From the NCBI GenBank assembly GCA_002633005.1, contig NMRA01000057.1:1-45954 (forward strand): a stretch of 45,954 nucleotides of DNA, read 5' to 3'. Position 1 is the first letter of the stretch. Each line of letters begins with the position of its first letter. Position numbers and translations under genes: made by a program. The DNA is from Phoronis australis (lineage: Eukaryota; Animalia; Phoronida). The notes beneath the pieces were generated by a model. The model was not told the origin of the DNA. It was given only the letters and a program-made list of their open reading frames with translations, and did not search any database. Below, piece by piece: positions 38,753 to 45,954 of this stretch.

Positions 38753-41690
38753 TGTCGCTCTCTGCATGACGCCACACAGGTAATGCAAACACATCGTGCA
38801 AAGGAATTCCGCAGCTGAAAATTACTTCCACCTTGCCCGGGATTTCGGCCACACAGCAATAGGAATTGACGCAAGTTACCCTAGAATAACTTACGTACGG
38901 GGACAAGTTGCACTAGTTTAAATAAAACCCAGGCAGCCCTCCAACGTAGCCTTGTCTAGGGTTTGTCAGTGTTTGGACGGCAATAATTCGACCAGTTTTC
39001 CGACCCAGTGCCGACAGCTTAGGCAATTGTTGACGTCTCCTAACACAGGTCTTCCTGGTCTGTTCTGGCGGACAAAATGTGACCTATCTATAATATAAAA
39101 CGGAAAGTTCACACGGATTCCGTCTCCCCCGCTCCACTACAGACCTTCCTTTCGCCCACTTAGGCACTGCATTTGTCCCAGGTAGTGAACTTCGCCTTTA
39201 TTCAGATTCGAACTGTTCTTCTTTTCTCGCGGGCTGTTCTTTTTTCTTGGAAGCTGGCTTGTTTTGTATCGGCCATCGGCCTTGGTGACGTCAGTCCGTC
39301 GTTTTAGATTCAATCTCTCCAAATTCGATCGCATATCTGCTACTTCGGGCCTGTCACTGCCAAACTTGGTACTCGGCTTTTCAGCAATTATCGCCTGTAT
39401 TTTGTCACGCATCGCCTGTGTTTTGTCACGAGAAAAGCACTGCACTCTTCGTTGTCTTTATCATTGTACATGATGTTACGCGGGGACACCGAATGTTTAC
39501 AAACCCTTCATTACGCCTTAGTACAAGACTCGACTGTTTACAAACATAGCTTTCCGAGTGCATTGCTAACATTTACGGAATAAAAATAGTCTCTATGTCT
39601 GTTATACTGACTTACATGGCGATTTTCCCTTGCTTTGGAGATGACTTTCGTTTTATCTAAATGTAAATTTCGTTTGGTTGCTCATATGAAATTGAGCCTG
39701 CGGTCGGATATTGTATTTTACTATAACTATCGTTAATCTGCTGTAACCAAAACTGGCAATGCCTTCGCAGATATTTTCAGCAAAAATAACCTTAGTCGTG
39801 TTTTTTTATTTTACATATGAGGGGACCAATTGACTGCATTTGAGAAGACATCTTCGTTCAGCCATCAAATAAAAACAAATTAAAGCATTTATTCAAGAAG
39901 GCGTAATATTTAAGTTACGTATTATCAGATTTCGTAGTACTTCATTGAAGTTAAAAGTTCTACCCAAATCATTTTAACGAATGCTTTTTCTATAATTTTT
40001 CAAAGAATGACTTCAGTTTAAACTTTTTGTGTTTGAATATCGATTTTTGGTGCTGCAACTACAAAGTGTTCACAACATAATAAGTTATATCTAGCGTTGT
40101 CTAGGTATTAACTTAAAGACTATGGGCCCGTTCCAAGAAACTTAAGTCTAACGTTGGTAGGTCTTTGATTTGATATGATTTGGTCGCGTTTTCTGTTTTT
40201 GACTTTCAAATTTGCCGAATCGACTCTCTTAATTGCAAAAACAGGGAAAAGCCAGTCGAGCTCACCCCCCAACTCATTGGTCCTGCAAGTCGGCGCTTAT
40301 TCTACATGTGTATGTTAAGATCGAGTCGAGCTAGAGTAGACTGGGTTGAGGCGATTGCGGGTCGCGGGTCGAGGGGGTCGTGGATCGAGGGGGTCGTGAG
40401 TGGAGGAGTCGTGGGGTGTGTGGGTCGAGGACGTTTTGGAACAATCCACAAAATACACAGTGAACGCCGACATATACTGTCTCCTCTCGACTATGTTGAA
40501 ATGTAGTCTGCTTATCAGGGTTTTGGAAGCAGCCGGAATCAGAGTCGGAAGGAAGTCCAAGAATTTGAGAATACCCAAAAGACACTGTTGAACGGTAGGC
40601 AATGCATAGGCCTACATGTAGCTCCTACTAGTTTACTTTAGCGTGACTGCTACAATTCAGGCTGATAAGTATTTACGTATTTTAGCTTTATGTGTTTTAA
40701 AAGGGCAGTAGTTGAATTCAGGCCATGAAGTAAGAAGTTTTCACCTCTTCAAAAGTACATTTTTACACTTCAAAATGTCACTCATAAGTATACCTTAAAA
40801 TCTCCAGCAATCCTTTTTCTCGGCGAAACAATCCATGTCCTTTTGAATTAAGACTGATTTGGCGAAGAATTCCACCTTCACTTTTTGGTTGCTGTGAACT
40901 TTTTCAAAGCAATAAACACTAATAAGCGTAGGTGATGTCACACGAGTTACATGCAGGACTGAGAAATATGCCTGCAACTTCCTCATACCGGCAGCCTTTG
41001 AGGGATGATCGCCAAAATTTCATGGATATGCTTAAGTCAAACTACATGTATGTAGAGTAAATTCTTTCAGAGTGACTGTCCTGGCAAGTGCATGTATTAA
41101 TTGTAACTCATCCTGTGCTTCGATCACTAGATGTAATCCGTCGTATCTTGAAATTTGTAATTTTTGAATGGGAAAGAATTACCAATACTGTATGAGGTTG
41201 GGCTCCAAAAGAGGTGATGCAATTGCCTACCTGACGTGGGGAAAGCTCCGGGAGATGATACATGATGATTATAAGCACGCCTGGTGCCAGCGTGGTTAAC
41301 GGAAACGTTACTATTTCCAACAGGCACATTTGGGATACTAAAGACATGTTTTTCTCCCTCCAGGTTGGTACCCAACACTCGAACTCTGGATCTGTAGTAC
41401 GCCCCGCTCTCACAACTACTTGGGCGACCCTCACACAGAGGCGTAACATTTGGTCAGTGGTATGGGGATGCCTTGGCGTACCCAAAAACTGTCGATTTAG
41501 TGGGGCAAAAAGTAGATCACTTGGGCAAGGAAAGAAAAGTTGGGGAAGAAGGCCCTCTCACATTTGCAAAATTTACTTTTTGTAGTCCGTCTGTGATAAA
41601 TTTGCCTTTCCCATAACTGTGGGTTTTCTTAGTACTATTATCAAAATATGTTGTCATTTATCTTGTGAGTAAAACTGAAAGGGGTGTAAA
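38753..41690 (+). pseudogene. Decayed partial duplicate of the SBP-like gene 3' region and its downstream flank
   Basis: Collinear blocks: 38753-38982 ~ 20586-20840; 39382-39637 ~ 20843-21110; ~39640-40110 ~ 21795-22275; 40448-41690 ~ 24716-25928. Exon 6 is absent. The last-exon copy at 39815-39843 has its acceptor AG changed to AC. Confidence 0.8.
40160..40447 (-). mobile_element. Partial inverted copy of the 8925-9367 MITE
   Basis: aattgcaaaaacagggaaaagcca, gtagactgggt, the gggtcg repeats and the end ggaacaatcc are reverse complements of 8925-9180. Confidence 0.75.
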
Positions 41691-41904
41691 ATCCCAACTA
41701 CGCACAAGTTCGCGATATATTACTGTCAGGGCGTTATGACCACTTGTTACTAACTCGACATACTAGTTCCGATGAGTCCACCAGTTAAATATAACCCAAA
41801 GCTTATTCACAAAAATTACCTGTTTTCACAATATTTCACATTTGTTTAGCAAACTTTCTAATTTTCATTGTAGGATTGTAGGGGAACTTTAATTACAAAA
41901 TCTA

Positions 41905-42675
41905 TCCCTCCGTTTTTTTTTAAATTTCCAGCCCACTTATTAGATTTCCCGATCTTTTTTGAAAATCTTCCCGCTTTTTAAGATTTTCCGGCACTTTTAT
42001 TAAATTTTCCGCTTTTTGAGAGATTTCTTGCGCATTTTTAACTTTCCCCACCTTTTTGAAGATATATTCGCCTTTTTCAACATTTTCCCACCCTTTTTGA
42101 AGATTTTCTTGCCTTTTTATTAGACTTTCACGCCTTTTTTAAAACTGTTTCTGCCTTTTTAAGAGGTTGCTGCCTTTTTAGTAGACTTTCTCGCCTTCTT
42201 AAAAAATATTTCCCACCTTTATTTAAGAATTTCAATCCCTTTTTAATTTTCCTGACCTTTTCAAAAATGGCTTCGCCTTTTTTAATTTTCCTGCCCTTTT
42301 TTGAGGATTTTCCGCTTTTTTAAAGATTTTCCTACCTTATTGTTTAAATTTTCCGATTCTTATAAGATTTTCTCGCGTTTTACAAGATTCTTCTGCATTT
42401 TTGAGGATTTTTCCTGCCTTTTTAAAAATTTCTGCCCTTGTTTGAAGATTATCTTGCCTTTTTGGAGTATTTCCCGCCCAGTTTAAACAAAAATCTCCGC
42501 TTTTTAAAGAAAATCCCGCCTTTTTATTAGATTTCTCGCCTTTTTTAAAAGATTTTAGCAACTGTTGATTAGAATTTCCAGCTTTTTTTAAACATTTCCC
42601 ACGTTTGGAATATTTTCTCGCCCTTTTATTAGAATTTCCCTTCCTTTTTAAAGACTTTTCCCGTTTTCTTAAAAT
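41905..42675. repeat. Degenerate T-rich minisatellite, ~20-bp unit (approx. TTTTTAAGATTTTCCCGCC)
   Basis: Recurring gattttc/cgccttttt motifs with strong T/C strand bias. Confidence 0.85.
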
Positions 42676-42895
42676 TCACCTAAGAACAAAAAAGTGATGA
42701 TGATACCATTGTAAATTCTATTTGTGCTTATAGCTGCAGACAGTGTCAGCTACCTCTGGCAACCGTGTTTCTGTGATCAGTTATTTTAATGAAATAGGTG
42801 CTCATGTTGTTGCACGATAAATTTCCATATTTTATGCAAATAAAGGACTCCATTATTTAAAATTATGTTCCTGCTCATAACTTATTTACACTGCA

Positions 42896-42897
<2 letters not shown>

Positions 42898-42947
<50 letters not shown>
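42898..42947. repeat. (TA)n microsatellite
   Basis: Visible dinucleotide run. Confidence 0.98.
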
Positions 42948-42951
<4 letters not shown>

Positions 42952-45029
42952 TTTATATTTCCACCCACGTTTTTGCGGTCAATGAATGTAATAAAAACCA
43001 GTTTGCAGGTCATTAAATAATGAATTTACACAATTGTGACCAGCAAGAGTAGTTTGACTCACCGTCTACTGAAATGACACTGAATGATTTGAGACACTTT
43101 GTGAGACTGTGTCATTAATAGCAAGGTCTGAAATCATTTGTAGAAGTGTGCTCTATTATGGGCCATTATCTTACTCTCACTTCCGTCACTAACAGCATAC
43201 ACCGACATATTCATACAGTAAGTTCATATAGGCGAAACTGTTCGCCATTTGAAAACACAAACCAGGATACATTAAAATTCTGACAGAAATTCACAAATTA
43301 ATATTCATCTGCAGAGCTCGTATCATTGTTATGAGCATTGCTCTTTCAGTGTCTTAGCTATAATTGACCAAGCAGAAACAACAAAGGGGCTTTAAATTCG
43401 TGAGGCTCTGCACATCCACTGGGGTTAGCCCAGTCTCAATAGGCAACTGGCACATCACGGGTCGTCATTGTTAGTCAAGTCTTTTGTTATTCCCTTGTAA
43501 CTGACTGTGTCTGTGTATCATTACTTACTGTTGGGCCTAGCGAGGTGGCCACTATTTTTTCTTCTCATGATGGTGTTTCAATAAATGCCGAATATTGTCA
43601 AGACAGCTTAATCTGTCGTTGTTTTTATTAATTAATGTTGTTTTTATTAATTAATGCTGCCACAGGCTTAAAAATTTTAATAAATCAACAAGTTGGTGTG
43701 CTTAAAAGGGAATTTTCTTTTTCATCAGTTCACCAAATAATTTCTTTCTGTTCCTCAAGTTACGATACTTCTCATAAAGACCGCGTTGGCACATTTTTGA
43801 TGGCGTACATCTCAGTTACACCGCTGGGTGTGTCATCGTCGCAAATAAGACTAGACTGTTGTATCTCAGTCCCAGCCTTCACAAAACAGTCTTAATCAGT
43901 GTTAGAACTAGAATTTTAAGCTGCATTTCGCCCAGTTTCACTGGCTAAGAACAAAAATCACTTACTTTAGTAGTATAACTCTTCTCCATGGAAGGGATCT
44001 ATTTTCGTTACCAACAATGAGTATCTTCATTCCCTATGACTTGAGTCAGTAACAGTATAGAATCTTGTCACGGAAAGAAATGTATGAGACCGTATTTTTG
44101 AAGGAACAATAAACATTTATAAAATTTTACTGTACATAAAAACTATCGCAGTATCGAGGCAGAAACGGAAAAACAGAACTCTTCACTACCTGCCACGGAG
44201 GTTGTCTTCATCGATAGTTCAGTCATAATCATAAATGTTACCGAAATGTCGAACTACATGTATATCGTTCTCATTTCAACAAACTCATCTTGAATATATA
44301 AGTCAGTGGCGGATCTACGTTTTCAGTAAGGGGAGGGTTTAGGATTCCCGCAAAGGTCAAATCCGAGGCGCGTGGCGCCGAGCGGAGGGGGAGGTCGTGT
44401 AAGACAACTTTTTGTTTTTGTAGCCAAACAGTAAAATTTCCATGCATCCTGGTACGTTTCTGGCACTTAACATGTCCCTGGAGTTTTTCTTAAGATAATT
44501 AAAAACCCTTCTCGATTTCGTCACATGAACTTGACTCATAAGTTTCGTGAAACCACATTTGTGCACATCTGGGTATGAGTCACACCACCAGCAAAAATTT
44601 TTGTTGGAACATCTGCTTACACGCACCTTTTTAGCATACGAAAGAGTGTGGTGTGTATACAGGGGTTTAGACAACTACCAAATATCCAAGAGCATAAGGA
44701 GCACCGACGGGGCGTAAAAACTTAAATACATGTACCAGATGATCGCAAAAGCCTTAAGCTGTTTAAGAATGAAGACCTGTACTGTTAGTCCGGAAATAAA
44801 CATGTGTTCTGTCTCGTTACGAGAAAAACTGGCGAACGATGGTGCTCTCAGCTCATAGTCTATTATCAAAAGCGACAATAAACAATTAAGTATCACTTTA
44901 TTAAGCTGAATCACGTTGACAACAATTGAAAAACGTCAAATTTATCAGGAAACAAATCATCTGAAAACAGTTTCACGAAACCAAAACACTCTGTAGACTT
45001 ACATCGTGGTGAAAAGATATACAGGAGCA

Positions 45030-45260
45030 GTTCGCAGAGGGACCGTATGTACACTGAGAGTACACAAAAACTCTGGTCTGGTCCGTCACGAGACCAAAAG
45101 TACAGCTGTGCTTATTATCCCTATAAAAATAGTCGATCTGTCGTGGGACCAAACAGTACTGGTGGCTGAGATAAATAGTTTTACAAGGCACACTTTGGTA
45201 AACTCGATATCTACAAAAATCAAGCTGGCCTGGTCCGTCGCGAGACCTAAAGCGTACTTT
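45030..45260. repeat. Three to four degenerate direct repeats (ggtccgtc-cgagacc-aaagtac core)
   Basis: Copies near 45073, 45133 and 45226. Confidence 0.55.
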
Positions 45261-45334
45261 GCAAAAAAAATTTGAATTGAAAACTTCTCTCTAGACACTT
45301 TTAATCCCCAGTGGTTGCGCATACGTGTAGTTTA

Positions 45335-45954
45335 CACATCTGCTGGTCAACTGCTGCGAGAGGTTGTCCAGGAAGGGTTTTCGCACCGTTCTGTAGTACT
45401 CACTGGAAGATACAAGTATTGAGTACAGGTTAACTACGCACTACGTGAAATAAGATTTTGGATATGAAGCAGATACTCAAGTGGAAATACAAACCAGAAT
45501 CAGTTTCTGTGCGCTCGTAGACACTCTGCTGTACTGGCGGCGTAAATTTGGCATGTCTAAAAATTATTGCTATTTCGTTTTCAGTGTAAACAAGCATATA
45601 AAACCGACATTATTACAAACTGTGTATAATTATAACTTATTACCTGGGTGTTTCTCCAGGAACGTTGGTCCTATCTTTCTGTTGATTAGACTGCCGAGGA
45701 ATCTGTACATCGGATCCAATGGTTTGCTGCTCTTGGAACCATTCTACCCAGACATCTTCGACGTTTATTCCCAACGCTTGCACTTCGTCAACTGCTGTGT
45801 CAATGAGGTTGTACAATGTACGCCTCTACAATGTCAGCATCTCGTTTTGCAGCTCAGCTGGCACTAAGCCCCCTGAGGTTACCAAGTCCACTCAAAAGAC
45901 TTACAGCATGCACAACTAAATTTGATCCGTTCACCATGGACTACTTCAAACCTT
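45335..45954 (-). pseudogene. hAT-superfamily transposase remnant (THAP12/P52rIPK-ZMYM1-like C-terminal region) with an intron at 45403-45643
   Basis: With frameshifts repaired the minus strand reads KRDADIVEAY-NLIDTAVDEVQALGINVEDVWVEWF...IPRQSNQQKDRTNVPGETP|SEYYRTVRKPFLDNLSQQLTSR, matching the R-x-N-V-P...EYYR...PFLD...L..RF motif. The GT-AG intron is in phase 2. Confidence 0.78.

Noticed and set aside
42270-42286. ggcttcgccttttttaa as the right terminus of the Kolobok-like element
   Set aside because: It is a partial match embedded in the minisatellite 41 kb away and is likely coincidental.
42301-42561. Phe-rich and Lys-rich ORFs
   Set aside because: They are translations of the T-rich minisatellite.

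Overview
This is AT-rich animal genomic DNA with GT-AG introns, microsatellites and decayed transposons. There is one assembly gap at 1825-2432. An invertebrate deuterostome such as a hemichordate or echinoderm is my guess, not something the sequence proves. The main result is a complete 7-exon gene on the + strand (10159-21991, 292 aa), which the ORF track misses because it is spliced. It encodes a secreted, stand-alone protein that aligns by eye with bacterial periplasmic amino-acid-binding proteins (HisJ/ArgT/ArtJ, SBP family 3), making it a candidate intronised horizontal transfer. A decayed partial duplicate of its 3' end and downstream flank lies at about 38.75-41.7 kb. The window also holds a 17-unit, ~290-bp tandem array (31.37-36.02 kb) whose minus-strand unit reads like an ATG-initiated exon with a splice donor, or a 97-codon open frame. 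Other content: a THAP/Kolobok-like left end, a BEL/Pao pol remnant, an intron-containing hAT transposase remnant, several MITEs, and many TACATGTA/TACAGTA micro-insertions. All homology calls are by eye; no search was run.
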